A stretch of 32,688 bases of DNA. Source: Candidatus Micrarchaeota archaeon (GTDB lineage Archaea; Micrarchaeota; Micrarchaeia; Norongarragalinales; UBA97). Position numbers and translations under genes: made by a program. Below are positions 18,148 to 27,151 of this stretch, piece after piece. How positions within the stretch are numbered: the stretch's first letter is position 1; each line of letters starts with the position of its first letter. Where the stretch lies: NCBI GenBank assembly GCA_038046065.1, contig JBBSWX010000030.1, positions 21,133 through 53,820 on the forward strand, read 5' to 3'. The notes below the pieces were generated by a model. It saw nothing but the letters and a program-made list of their open reading frames with translations. It did no database searches and was not told where the DNA came from.

Positions 18148-19401
18148 CTATTCCTGAAGCCAGTCGACCAACGGCACTAGCCTTATTTTCACGCCGTCAA
18201 CGGTTTTCGCCCCGGCTTTGTCTCGAGTTATCAGCAAGGCTTTGGCAGGCTTTAGTTCCTTGGCGCACTCTGCCAAGCCGCGCAACTCGCGGTCAAGCGT
18301 CTTTTCGTTTTCAAGGGAGTAAACGACTTGAATTGCATAATTGACCGTAGTGCCTTGCCGCACTATCACATCGGTTTCGAAGCCTTGCTTGTTCCGCCAG
18401 TAGCACAACTCGTTTTGCCCTTGCGTCCTGCGCTTGAGCTCAAGAAACGCAATGTTTTCGTAGATGCGGCCCAAATCCAGTTTCCCAGTCGTGCTGTAAA
18501 AGAAACCCGCATCCCCTGCGTACGCCTTGCGGGGGTATTGCGACTTGTCTTTAAGCTTATACGAGAAGATCGGCGTGAAGAAAAACAAGTATCCCGCTTC
18601 CGCGCATTTCTCCAGCCGCAGTATCTTTTCCTTGCCAATCTTGTACCCGATTGTTTTGAAGAAGTTGAGGCACTTGGACGCTGAGAATAACGGGCTTTGA
18701 AGCACATACCTCCCGAAAGCCTCGACCGTGCCCGGGTCTTCGTGGGAGACTTCAGCCACGTCAAGCCCCACTATGTCCTTGAAGTAAGCGTTCAACAAGC
18801 GAACCTTGTCCACTTCTTCTTCAGCCAAGGCAACTTCAGGAAAACCACCGTACTTGAGGTAATCCGCGAGTGCTTTTTCCAACTTTCCCCGGCCTGCGGT
18901 TGTCGTTTCAGGCCGAACCCCCTTGAAGGCCAGAAATTCCTTGAAAGAAAGGGGAAACAGCTCTATTGCAAGGATTCTCCCGCGCAGCGGCTTGCTGGGA
19001 ACGACCAAGTTCCTTCTAGAGGAACTCACTATGATTTTCAGCTTGCCTTTCAGCAACTCATGGTTCCTTGCAAGCCAGCCCTGCCAATCGCGTGCGCCCG
19101 TAACTTCGTCAAGCAGCAGGTAACCCTCATCACCAAACCACTTGAGCGCATCATCAAGGACGTCAGTGCCGTCCAAACGATTGTCTTCAACGTTAACGTA
19201 AGCCGCTTTTTTCCCCTCGCCTTCAAGTTTTTGCAGCAAAAGCATTAGCACGCTGGACTTGCCGCAACGGCGGATTCCGGTCACCGCCACTATCTTTGAA
19301 AACGAATGCTTCTCTAGCGCGCCAAGATCCACATCGCGCGCATAGAGTGCTTTCTTTCTAGCGTAAGCCGACCATTCCCCAAACACTTCAGGCGAGCCCA
19401 T
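18148..19401 (-). CDS. AAA+ ATP-binding protein, COG1373 type (AAA_14 + DUF4143)
   Basis: TGIRRCGKS, LLLDEV, L.GR...ELFPLSFKEF, YLKYGGFPE, PRKAY..D.G, EN..F.EL, YW.....E.D, IQV. Confidence 0.9.
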   Translation of the reverse strand: MGSPEVFGEWSAYARKKALYARDVDLGALEKHSFSKIVAVTGIRRCGKSSVLMLLLQKLEGEGKKAAYVNVEDNRLDGTDVLDDALKWFGDEGYLLLDEVTGARDWQGWLARNHELLKGKLKIIVSSSRRNLVVPSKPLRGRILAIELFPLSFKEFLAFKGVRPETTTAGRGKLEKALADYLKYGGFPEVALAEEEVDKVRLLNAYFKDIVGLDVAEVSHEDPGTVEAFGRYVLQSPLFSASKCLNFFKTIGYKIGKEKILRLEKCAEAGYLFFFTPIFSYKLKDKSQYPRKAYAGDAGFFYSTTGKLDLGRIYENIAFLELKRRTQGQNELCYWRNKQGFETDVIVRQGTTVNYAIQVVYSLENEKTLDRELRGLAECAKELKPAKALLITRDKAGAKTVDGVKIRLVPLVDWLQE

Positions 19402-19415
19402 AGCTTGTTTTTACA

Positions 19416-19444
19416 CAGAACAGAATATAAGCATTTCTGTTCTG
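19416..19444. promoter_or_regulatory. Perfect 10-bp inverted repeat flanking the TATA box of the COG1373 ATPase (putative operator)
   Basis: CAGAACAGAA-(TATAAGCAT)-TTCTGTTCTG, 15-43 nt upstream of ATG 19401. Confidence 0.65.
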
Positions 19445-19496
19445 CCAGAAAACGATTTTGACGACAGCAACCGGCTGGCATGGGCAGCGCGCCGGA

Positions 19497-19512
19497 GTTT
19501 AGGCACTACAAC
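19497..19512 (+). repeat. Dispersed copy GTTTAGGCACTACAAC (intergenic)
   Basis: 16-nt perfect match to the reverse complement of 30510-30525; core 12-mer identical to the tandem array at 24485-24568. Confidence 0.85.
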
Positions 19513-19649
19513 GCGCACCTGGCGTTGCACGCACAACTTGCAGGGGCTGGCAACGCCAGCACGCCGCAAAACGTGAGTGCGGGCTTCGCGACAGGAGCCT
19601 GAAGGCGTGCGCAACGCTTTTCAAGCCCCGCGGAGTATAATACCTTTCG

Positions 19650-21185
19650 ATGGATTACCTGCGCAAGGTTATTGATGAGGCCAAAGGCAGCGACGACGAG
19701 GCGGAACCGGCCGGGCGCACGGCCGAGCCGCAGCCCGAACGCGTGCTGCTCGACCAGTACAACGACGTGAAGATATACCGCGAGCGGGGAGAGCCGTTGG
19801 GCTTGTACGAGATTCCCGCCCCGCGTTACCGGGGGGAAGAACGCGACCTCATACGCGCGATATTCGAGCTTGCCACAAACTCGCTGCCGCCCGAAGCGAT
19901 GCTGGCAACGCAGGCGGAAAAACGCGAGCGTTACCGCCACAAGGTACTCGAAATAATCGAGTCCACGCGCGAGCTCAACGTGCCCCTCAACGCCAAGGAG
20001 TTCTACGCCAACGCGGTCGTGCGCGAGATGGCGGGCTTCGGGATGCTAGACCCGCTGATAACGGACGACAACCTCGAGGAAATAATGGTGATAGGCACCG
20101 GCAGACCTGTGTACGTGTTCCACCGCAAGCACCAGATGCTGCGGACGAACGTGGTGTTTTACGACGACAAGGACGTCACCGACCTCATCGACAGGATAGC
20201 GCGCAACGTGGGCAGGCGCATAGACTCGCAATCACCGCTGTTGGACGCGCGCCTGCCTGACGGCACGCGCGTGAACGCAACTATGCAGCCCATCAGCCTG
20301 AATGGCAGCACGATAACTATACGGAAGTTCAAGGGCGACGCGCTCAGCATCGTGGACCTCGTGCTCAACCACACGCTCACCCCCCGCGCGGCGGCATTCT
20401 TGTGGCTCACGACTGACGGCATGGGCGCGCTTCCCGCTAACGTCATCATCGCGGGCGGCACGGCGAGCGGCAAGACGACTACGCTGAACGCCCTCACGGG
20501 CTTCGTGCCCAAGTACGAGCGGATAATATCTATTGAAGATACGGCCGAGCTCCAGTTGCCGTTCACGCACTGGGTGCGGTTTGAAGCGCGGCCGCCGGGC
20601 GTCGAGGGGACTGGCGAGATTGATACTGACACGCTGCTGAAGAACGCATTGAGAATGCGGCCGGATAGGATAATCGTGGGTGAAATCAGGGGGGCGGAAG
20701 GAAAGACGCTCTTCACGGCAATGAACACCGGCCACCACGGCGCGATGGGCACCATTCACTCGAACAACTCGCGCGAGACGCTCGTGCGCCTGTTGAACGA
20801 ACCCATTGGAGTGCCGGAAATAATGATTCCCGCGTTGAACTTCGTCGTGATGCAGCAAAGGACGTACGACCGCCGCAAGGGTCTCATCCGCCGCGTCACC
20901 GAGATTGCGGAAATCATCCCGCGCGAGGACGGGCAATTGCCCGATACGAACGTGATATTCCAGTGGGACGCGGCCAATGATGAGCTTGTTGACTTGGGCA
21001 CGCCGGTGCACTACGTGCAGATGCTGGCCCGCTATACTGGCCAGTCGAAGGAAGATTTGTTGGCCGAGTTGGAGGAGCGCGAGAAGATACTGGCGAAACT
21101 CGCGGCTGGGAACGTGCGTTCGCTCGGCCAAGTGTGCAAAGCCGTGCAGGAACACGCGCTGGCCAAGAAGGCAGGCAAGTTCTGA
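19650..21185 (+). CDS. CpaF/TadA/VirB11-family type IV pilus assembly ATPase
   Basis: EEIMV.G, P.LDARLPDG.RVNA, ITIRKF, GGTASGKTT, SIEDTAEL, LRMRPDRIIVGEIRG.E, AMNTGH.G.MGTIH. Confidence 0.95.
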   Translation: MDYLRKVIDEAKGSDDEAEPAGRTAEPQPERVLLDQYNDVKIYRERGEPLGLYEIPAPRYRGEERDLIRAIFELATNSLPPEAMLATQAEKRERYRHKVLEIIESTRELNVPLNAKEFYANAVVREMAGFGMLDPLITDDNLEEIMVIGTGRPVYVFHRKHQMLRTNVVFYDDKDVTDLIDRIARNVGRRIDSQSPLLDARLPDGTRVNATMQPISLNGSTITIRKFKGDALSIVDLVLNHTLTPRAAAFLWLTTDGMGALPANVIIAGGTASGKTTTLNALTGFVPKYERIISIEDTAELQLPFTHWVRFEARPPGVEGTGEIDTDTLLKNALRMRPDRIIVGEIRGAEGKTLFTAMNTGHHGAMGTIHSNNSRETLVRLLNEPIGVPEIMIPALNFVVMQQRTYDRRKGLIRRVTEIAEIIPREDGQLPDTNVIFQWDAANDELVDLGTPVHYVQMLARYTGQSKEDLLAELEEREKILAKLAAGNVRSLGQVCKAVQEHALAKKAGKF

Positions 21186-21196
21186 AGGCGTGAAAA

Positions 21197-22210
21197 ATGG
21201 GTTCGAAAGACGCGCTGCGCCTCAAGCGCATGGTGCTGGGCGAAGACATGGAGCCTGCGCGCCAAACGCACGCCGCAACAACTGGGCGTGACGCGTTCGT
21301 TGACGCGCCCACCGCCCGAGTGGCGTACGCGGTGTGCGGGGTGCGCAAGCGCAGCCTCGATTTTCAGCCGAGCAGACTGGGCGCCTGGATGGTGTTCGCC
21401 CCGGCTGCAGGGATGTTAGGCAAACTGCCGTCAGCCGACTCGCTGGAGGGAGACTTGGCCGCCGCGGCGATGAACGAAACGCCTGAAGAATATTTGATAA
21501 GGGCGGCAACGGCAAGCACGGGAGCGATGGCCGCCGTGGTGGCGTGCGTCCTCTTCCTCACGCCGCAAGTTGACGCGGTTGCAATCATTGCAGCCGTGGC
21601 TAGCGGGATACTGGCGTTCTTCACGACGGGCGTCGCGCTCACCACGCGACCTGCAGCCAAGGCGGCTGGCCGCGCGGCGGAAATAAACCGCGAGCTGCCC
21701 TTCGCACTCCGCCACTTGGCAACGCAAGTAAAAGCGGGAGTTGATTTGACGCGCGCGTTAAGCTCGGTGGCAAACGCGGATTACGGCAAGCTGAGCCGCG
21801 AACTAAAGCGCACGGTGTCGGAAATGAATAACGGCACGCCGGCGGACAAGGCACTGGCCAACCTTAGCGACAGGACGGCATCGAAAGGCTTGAAGCAAGC
21901 TGCCGCCCAGTTGGCGCGCGCCTTGCGCACTGGAGGAAAGCTCTCCGACATACTCGCGCAGACTGCGGCCGAGGCGGCGTTCGAACAGAGGATGCGCATG
22001 CGCGATTACACTGAACAACTCAACCTCGTGGGCGTGGCATTCATGATGAGCGGCGTTGTGGCACCCGTAGTGATAACGATAATCGCGGCAGTGATGCAAC
22101 TTCCCTTGCTGGGCGGGGGTGCGAACAATGCGCTGGTAGCGCTCGCGTTCATAGCCGCGGCGGCAGCCAGTGCGGGAGTGCTCACGCTGGCAAAAAACCT
22201 TGAACCGTGA
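21197..22210 (+). CDS. Type II secretion system F / TadC-family pilus platform protein
   Basis: I.RELPFALRH.A.....G, YG.LS.E......E...G.....AL, TGG.L..IL; TM segments. Confidence 0.9.
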   Translation: MGSKDALRLKRMVLGEDMEPARQTHAATTGRDAFVDAPTARVAYAVCGVRKRSLDFQPSRLGAWMVFAPAAGMLGKLPSADSLEGDLAAAAMNETPEEYLIRAATASTGAMAAVVACVLFLTPQVDAVAIIAAVASGILAFFTTGVALTTRPAAKAAGRAAEINRELPFALRHLATQVKAGVDLTRALSSVANADYGKLSRELKRTVSEMNNGTPADKALANLSDRTASKGLKQAAAQLARALRTGGKLSDILAQTAAEAAFEQRMRMRDYTEQLNLVGVAFMMSGVVAPVVITIIAAVMQLPLLGGGANNALVALAFIAAAAASAGVLTLAKNLEP

Positions 22211-23143
22211 ATGAAAATGCTTGTTGACGAAATCCTATTGGAAGTGCGGCAGGAGTATGAGGCTTCCGGCATCGGCGCTAAGTTCGAGGCTTACGCCGCG
22301 CTATTCGGGGCAGTTGCCTTCGCCGCTGCGGTAGCGGCCTACGCCTTGTCTGCGTCGTTTCCCACGCAAACCGGCGGCAGCCCCGTGCTGGCAGCCGTGA
22401 TTGCATTCGCCGCAGTTGCCAGCATTGCGCTAGTGGTGCCGCACAGTTTGAAGGAAGCGCGCGTGAAGCGCGTGGAAGACGGGCTTGCCGACGCGTTGAG
22501 GAGCATGGCGACAATCTTGAAGACGGGGGGAACGGTGGAGTCGGCGTTCGAAGAGACCGCAAAGTGCGGTTACGGCCCGCTTTCCGAAACGCTGGGGGCA
22601 GCGCTCGCGCAGTTGAAGCGCGGAAAAACGTTCGAAGGCGCGCTTGCCGGGGCTGCAGCCGAGTCGCAGTCGAAGCTCTTCTCACGCATGGTTATGATAA
22701 TAAGCGACGCGCGCAAGTCTGGCGCGGGGCTCGCGGACACGATGCTGGCCATTGCAGAGGACGCTGCCGAAGTGAACCGGCTTGCGCGCGAGCGCGCATC
22801 TCGCACGCTCGTTCACGCCGCGTTCCTTTACTCCGCGGCCTTGCTGCTGTCGCCGTTCATATTTGGTTTCACGCTGGCAGTCGTCGCGGTAATCGGTACG
22901 GGAATAGGGTGCGCGGTGCCGGACGCGCAGCCGATGAGCACGGGTTTTCTAGACACGATGCTCACGCTGTTCCTTGCAGTGGAAGTGGTGCTCGTCACGC
23001 TGGCAGTGGGTGTGATTCGCGGCGGCAAGATGGCGCGGCACGCCGTGCGCATCCCGATAATGATATTAATTGCGTTCGCGATATACGAGGTTGGCAAACG
23101 GTTGGGTGCGGCTATGATAACGGGCGGGGGCGCGTGCAATTGA
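22211..23143 (+). CDS. Second type II secretion system F / TadC-family platform protein
   Basis: VE..L.DALR.MA..LK.G...E.A......YGPLSE, G..F..AL, SGAGLAD; TM segments. Confidence 0.9.
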   Translation: MKMLVDEILLEVRQEYEASGIGAKFEAYAALFGAVAFAAAVAAYALSASFPTQTGGSPVLAAVIAFAAVASIALVVPHSLKEARVKRVEDGLADALRSMATILKTGGTVESAFEETAKCGYGPLSETLGAALAQLKRGKTFEGALAGAAAESQSKLFSRMVMIISDARKSGAGLADTMLAIAEDAAEVNRLARERASRTLVHAAFLYSAALLLSPFIFGFTLAVVAVIGTGIGCAVPDAQPMSTGFLDTMLTLFLAVEVVLVTLAVGVIRGGKMARHAVRIPIMILIAFAIYEVGKRLGAAMITGGGACN

Positions 23144-23241
23144 AAGGCCAGACTGCCATCGAATACCTGCTGCTGGCAGGAGGCTCGGTGCTGCTCGTCG
23201 CGGTAGTCGCGTGGTTCGTAAAAACGCGGGTGCTTGCGTGA
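23140..23241 (+). CDS. Very small pilin-like protein with class III signal peptide (33 aa; TTG start)
   Basis: MKG/QTAIEYLLLAGGSVLLVAVVAWFVKTRVLA: KG^Q.A.EY (DUF361-type) followed by a hydrophobic helix. The start overlaps the tadC stop (TTGA). Confidence 0.75.
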   Translation: MKGQTAIEYLLLAGGSVLLVAVVAWFVKTRVLA

Positions 23242-23263
23242 GTTGCAGGCGGGTTGGATTGTG

Positions 23264-23434
23264 ATGGATGAACGCGCTCAGACTGCCGTCGAATACTTGC
23301 TGTTGGCGGGCGCGGCCGTGCTGGTGGCAGTCGTGGCGATAACCACGGGCCGGGAACTGGCAGCCGCGGCCACGCGCGCTGCCGAGAAGAACGCTACTAC
23401 GATAAAGGCGTACGTACGCAGCCTTACGGGATGA
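23264..23434 (+). CDS. Small pilin-like protein with class III signal peptide (56 aa)
   Basis: MDERA/QTAVEYLLLAGAAVLVAVVAI...; N-terminus paralogous to the preceding ORF. Confidence 0.8.
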   Translation: MDERAQTAVEYLLLAGAAVLVAVVAITTGRELAAAATRAAEKNATTIKAYVRSLTG

Positions 23435-24489
23435 ACATGCGCGTAATACGCAGCAACCGGGAGGAGGGTTACCTAAAGCTCAAGCCCGAGTCTGTGGAAG
23501 ACTTGTGGTACCTCTCCAGGATAATTGCCGTGGGTGACGAACTCGAGGGCATGACGCAACGCCGCTACCGGCCGCCGGGCGCGAAGGAGGATGCCGGCGA
23601 GAAGAAGGCCGTGCGCATGCGGCTTAAGGTGGAAGGCGTGGAGTTCGCCGAGGCCGCCAACAAGATTCGCGTGACGGGCGTGATAATCTCCGGCTCGCCC
23701 GAGGAGTACGTGCAAACCGGCAGCCACCACACGATAGATGTTGAACCGCACTTTGACGTCAAGCTTTACAAACAGCTGGATTATGCCGAACGAAAAGTGC
23801 TTGAGGACGCCGTCAAACGCTCGCGGCACGTGAAAGGCTTGATAGTGCTGGTGGACGAACAACAGGCGGTTGCAATTGCGGTGCGGGCTACGGGGGCAAG
23901 GCAGGCGTTCGAGATAAGCAACACGGCGAGCAAGCGCCGCAGTGATGAGTTTGAGGCTAAGCAAACGAAATTTTTCGGCGAGGTTGCCGAAGCGCTTGCG
24001 GCGACCGAGTGCGACGCGGTCGTGATTGCAGGCCCGGGCTTCCAAAAGGACGCTTTGGCCAAATTCATCAAGGCAAAACTGCCTGCACTGGCTGGAAAGA
24101 TACTGGTCGAGCACGCTTCCACCACCGAACGGAACGCCGTGCCAGAGCTGTTGAAGAAAGACGTGATAAAGAAGGCGTTGGGCCAGCTCAAGCTCTCTGA
24201 AGAGTTGCGGCTTCTTGACGCGTTCAAGGCGAGCTTGGGCAAGAACGATGGAAAGTCTACGTACGGCGAGAAACGCGTGGAAAAGGCGGTTGTGGAAGGC
24301 GCGGCGGAAACTGTGATGGTGTTGGATGAATATTTGCGCAAGTCTCAAGCCGCGCGCGCAATGATGCAGAGGGCGGAGGACACTGGCGCCGAAGTCATCG
24401 TGTTCGACTCGGGCGACGACGCCGGCCGCGAATTCGCGGCGTTCGGGATTGCTGCAATGCTGCGGTACGGGAAGCCGGGACAGTTTTAG
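23431..24489 (+). CDS. pelA: mRNA surveillance protein pelota
   Basis: PES.EDLW.L..II..GD...T.R, RVTG.I, G.HHT, IAGPGF.K, YG...V..A...[10 protein letters not shown]. Confidence 0.95.
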   Translation: MNMRVIRSNREEGYLKLKPESVEDLWYLSRIIAVGDELEGMTQRRYRPPGAKEDAGEKKAVRMRLKVEGVEFAEAANKIRVTGVIISGSPEEYVQTGSHHTIDVEPHFDVKLYKQLDYAERKVLEDAVKRSRHVKGLIVLVDEQQAVAIAVRATGARQAFEISNTASKRRSDEFEAKQTKFFGEVAEALAATECDAVVIAGPGFQKDALAKFIKAKLPALAGKILVEHASTTERNAVPELLKKDVIKKALGQLKLSEELRLLDAFKASLGKNDGKSTYGEKRVEKAVVEGAAETVMVLDEYLRKSQAARAMMQRAEDTGAEVIVFDSGDDAGREFAAFGIAAMLRYGKPGQF

Positions 24490-24700
24490 GCACTACACGC
24501 CTGCAGGGTTTAGGCACTACACTCCCTCGCGTTTTAGGCACTACGCCCCCCCTAGTTTTAGGCACTACACTCCGCACGGCACCCCCTGCGCGGCCCAGGT
24601 ACCTCACGACTTTCTGCACCACACGGCCGCCCACGCGCGAGTTCTCCACGAGGTATTGGTAAAGGTTGCCGTTCACGATTTTGGTGCGCACAAACGCCAT
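24395..24700 (-). CDS. Small basic protein with an IS1634-transposase-N-terminus-like domain and a VVPK-repeat tail
   Basis: [36 protein letters not shown] matches the F.R.K...G..Y.YLVE..R..G.V.QK....LG pattern. ATG lies 10 nt after the stop of the upstream gene. The tail overlaps the pelota 3' end antisense. Confidence 0.7.
   Translation of the reverse strand: MAFVRTKIVNGNLYQYLVENSRVGGRVVQKVVRYLGRAGGAVRSVVPKTRGGVVPKTRGSVVPKPCRRVVPKTVPASRTAALQQSRTPRIRGRRRRPSRTR
24485..24568 (+). repeat. Tandem array: 4 x TTTAGGCACTAC at an exact 24-nt period with variable 12-nt spacers
   Basis: Copies at 24485, 24509, 24533 and 24557; the first contains the pelota TAG stop. Confidence 0.95.
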
Positions 24701-24710
24701 TGCCAACGCC

Positions 24711-25118
24711 TCAATCCACGCGGAAGTGCAGCACCTTGCGCACTTCGTTGAGCACGTGCGCGTAGTCGTTGAAGTGCGCCAGCGCGTATATCTTGAGCGG
24801 GTATTCGCCGTTAGGGGTGCGTTGCGTGCCCCACAACGGCACTTTGAAGAACTTCACTTCGCCGGGCTTTAGGAATCCTAGGCGCACCTCGCGTTGTTTG
24901 GATATGGCGCTGCGTTCGAACCCCAAGCCTGGCGGTACGGAAACCACGATGGACGTTAGTTGGGGCGCGTCGGAGGTGTTCTCGAGCTTTATTTCGAGCT
25001 CGACGAAATCGTTAGTGTTGGCTTTAAGTGAGTAGGGATGCACTTCCGCCCGCAGGGAGAAGACTCCTGACGCCTGCGCTTTCTTCTTGCCGAAAAGTTC
25101 GAAGATTCCCAAATTCAT
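24711..25118 (-). CDS. Hypothetical protein with Ig-like beta-sandwich features
   Basis: V.L.I.L.N, LG.LKPGE.K.F, GEY.L.I pattern; no signal peptide. Start set at ATG 25118. Confidence 0.75.
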   Translation of the reverse strand: MNLGIFELFGKKKAQASGVFSLRAEVHPYSLKANTNDFVELEIKLENTSDAPQLTSIVVSVPPGLGFERSAISKQREVRLGFLKPGEVKFFKVPLWGTQRTPNGEYPLKIYALAHFNDYAHVLNEVRKVLHFRVD

Positions 25119-25376
25119 CGCCCCCCGCACGCCAAGTTCAGCCAGCTCGGCTCACCTTGCTGATTGCTAGATTGGCGCCAAGCTTATTTTACCTACCGAT
25201 TGATGCGGGTTGGTAATAATTGTGCAAGCGGGTTTGCGGCCTTGTTTCGGCAATTGCACCACCCCCCGCGCCGGCCGCCCGTGCCGTCCTTCATTCTAGC
25301 CAGCCGCCCCGGCTTCCAGCCGCGCATTCTCCCCCACACCCGCAACTCGGCGGCTGACGCAGGCGGGCAACTGCCG

Positions 25377-25799
25377 TTACGCGCCTTCCTTTGCTGAAAG
25401 CCATTTTGCCCACCATTCGGCGTAGGCTGAGAGCGTGCGGCAGAACTCTTGCGACAGTGTAAAGGGCGAATCGCGGCCGCCCGGCCGTGTGATGAGGCCA
25501 GACCGCTGGAGGGAAAGGCACAGTAGATAGAGCGTGCTTTTCTTGACGCCAGTCGCCTCAAGCAGTTGAGTGAATGTACGGGGCCGTTCGCGGAGAGCCA
25601 TCAGCACTGCTACCGAAGCTTCTTTTTTAGTGGGGGAGAATGAAAAGGCGTTTGTTATGAAATCATAGATTGTGAATTGCGAGGCGGCCATCCTGCCAAT
25701 GTCTTCGGGGTTGGCGCGGAAGTATGCGTAACACTGGCCTTTCTGCCGAAGGTAATGCTCTCTTGTTGCACCGGTTCGGGACACACTCCTCACTTCCAC
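25377..25799 (-). CDS. Winged-helix DNA-binding protein (putative regulator)
   Basis: VLMALRERPRTFTQLLEATGVKKSTLY..L..L.RSGLI wHTH pattern. Confidence 0.75.
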   Translation of the reverse strand: MEVRSVSRTGATREHYLRQKGQCYAYFRANPEDIGRMAASQFTIYDFITNAFSFSPTKKEASVAVLMALRERPRTFTQLLEATGVKKSTLYLLCLSLQRSGLITRPGGRDSPFTLSQEFCRTLSAYAEWWAKWLSAKEGA

Positions 25800-25924
25800 T
25801 ATTCGAGCCTTTGGCGGCCGCAGGCTTGTTGGCCGGCGGCTTGCAGGCCACTGGTTTGCCGGCTGGCACGCGTTTTGATGTTTTTGGCGTGTTTTTTAGT
25901 GTTTATTTAGCTTCGCCCGACGTT

Positions 25925-27151
25925 TTAAGCGCCGTAAATCTCTGCGCGGCCAGAAACATTAATCAATTCTGGCATTAAGTCCAACCCCCGCAGCCGCCCC
26001 AGCCCGCCCACGGCGCAGTCGCGTTCGCCGAACTTGCGCGTGCAATCCCGCCGCACACCCTTGCCGTAAATGAGGAGTGGCACGGGGTCTCCTGAATGTG
26101 CCTTTAGTTGGCAGGGGGTAGAATGGTCGGCGGTAACAGCAACAACCGTGTTTTCCAGCGTCAACAATTCTCGCACTGCCGCGTCAACTCTTTCTATGAA
26201 CGCCTTCTTGCCCAACGCGTCGCCATCGTGACCGTAATCGTCGGCACCCTTCACGTGAACGAAAATAAAGTCTTTGCGGGCCAATGTGGTTTTCGCAGCG
26301 TTGATCTTTGCTAGTATATTCGAATCCTTGCCGCCAGTTGCACCGTTGACGTTAATCACGTCCATACCGAGCGTTTTAGCCACGCCGCGGTAAAGCCCTC
26401 CCCCCGCAATACCGGCGGCGTCCAAGCCGTACTTGTCTTTAAACGGAGTTAGTTCGGGCGCAGCCCCCGCCCCCCGCAACAGAATGGTGTTCGCAAGCGG
26501 AAGCTTTTGTTTCCGGCGCTTCTTGTTCAACGGGTGGTTGGCAAGACAGCGCCGCGCTTGCTTCAAGTACGCTTCAACCGCTGCAGCCGTTGCCTTTGCT
26601 TCAGGCGCGCTTGTGGTGGGCTTGATTTCTTTCTCCCGGTTCCCTTCAACCCCCGGATCGTTACCATTAACTTCTGACGAAACCCCTTTTCCACGAACAA
26701 CGAGCGCGCCGCGGTGTTCACAACCCGCCTTGAATGTGAATTGAAAACCTGGCACTTTAATTTTGTTGAGCGCGGGCTCGAATGCCTTGACACTCTCAAT
26801 CCTGCCCGCCCTGCGGTCTACCACCTGGCCGTTTCCCATAATTGACGCGAAATTCGCGCGGAATGCAACATCCCCCTTGCCAACAGCTATCCCCACACCC
26901 GCCGCTTCTATCGGCCCCCGGCCGGAATAGTATTTGGCCGGGTCATACCCTAACAACGCCAAGTGCGCCGTGTCGCTGCCCGGCCTCACACCGACACCAA
27001 CAACATCCAACAAGCCCGTTGCCCCGCGTTCAGCCATGTAATTCAAGTAAGGAGTTCGCGCGGCTTCAAGCGGCGTTTGGTCATTAAGCCGCTCGTCCGG
27101 CCGGTCTCCCAACCCGTCAAGTACCAGTAACAATATTTTTTGTTTGTTCAT
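25925..27151 (-). CDS. apgM: 2,3-bisphosphoglycerate-independent phosphoglycerate mutase (archaeal type)
   Basis: LDGLGDRP...TPLEAA.TP, PGSDTAHL.LLGYDP...Y.GRGP.EA.G, HVKGADDYGHDG, TADHSTP, HSGDPVP. Confidence 0.95.
   Translation of the reverse strand: MNKQKILLLVLDGLGDRPDERLNDQTPLEAARTPYLNYMAERGATGLLDVVGVGVRPGSDTAHLALLGYDPAKYYSGRGPIEAAGVGIAVGKGDVAFRANFASIMGNGQVVDRRAGRIESVKAFEPALNKIKVPGFQFTFKAGCEHRGALVVRGKGVSSEVNGNDPGVEGNREKEIKPTTSAPEAKATAAAVEAYLKQARRCLANHPLNKKRRKQKLPLANTILLRGAGAAPELTPFKDKYGLDAAGIAGGGLYRGVAKTLGMDVINVNGATGGKDSNILAKINAAKTTLARKDFIFVHVKGADDYGHDGDALGKKAFIERVDAAVRELLTLENTVVAVTADHSTPCQLKAHSGDPVPLLIYGKGVRRDCTRKFGERDCAVGGLGRLRGLDLMPELINVSGRAEIYGA

Noticed and set aside
22564-23139. 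225-aa ORF in the ORF track ending in the pilin sequence
   Set aside because: It overlaps tadC out of frame; only the last 33 codons (from TTG 23140) look real.
24485-24568. CRISPR array
   Set aside because: Repeats and spacers are only 12 nt each, the spacers are partly similar to one another, and there are no cas genes or leader.
24395-24706. Intact IS1634 insertion sequence
   Set aside because: Only an N-terminal-like domain is present; no DDE domain, terminal inverted repeats or target duplication were seen.
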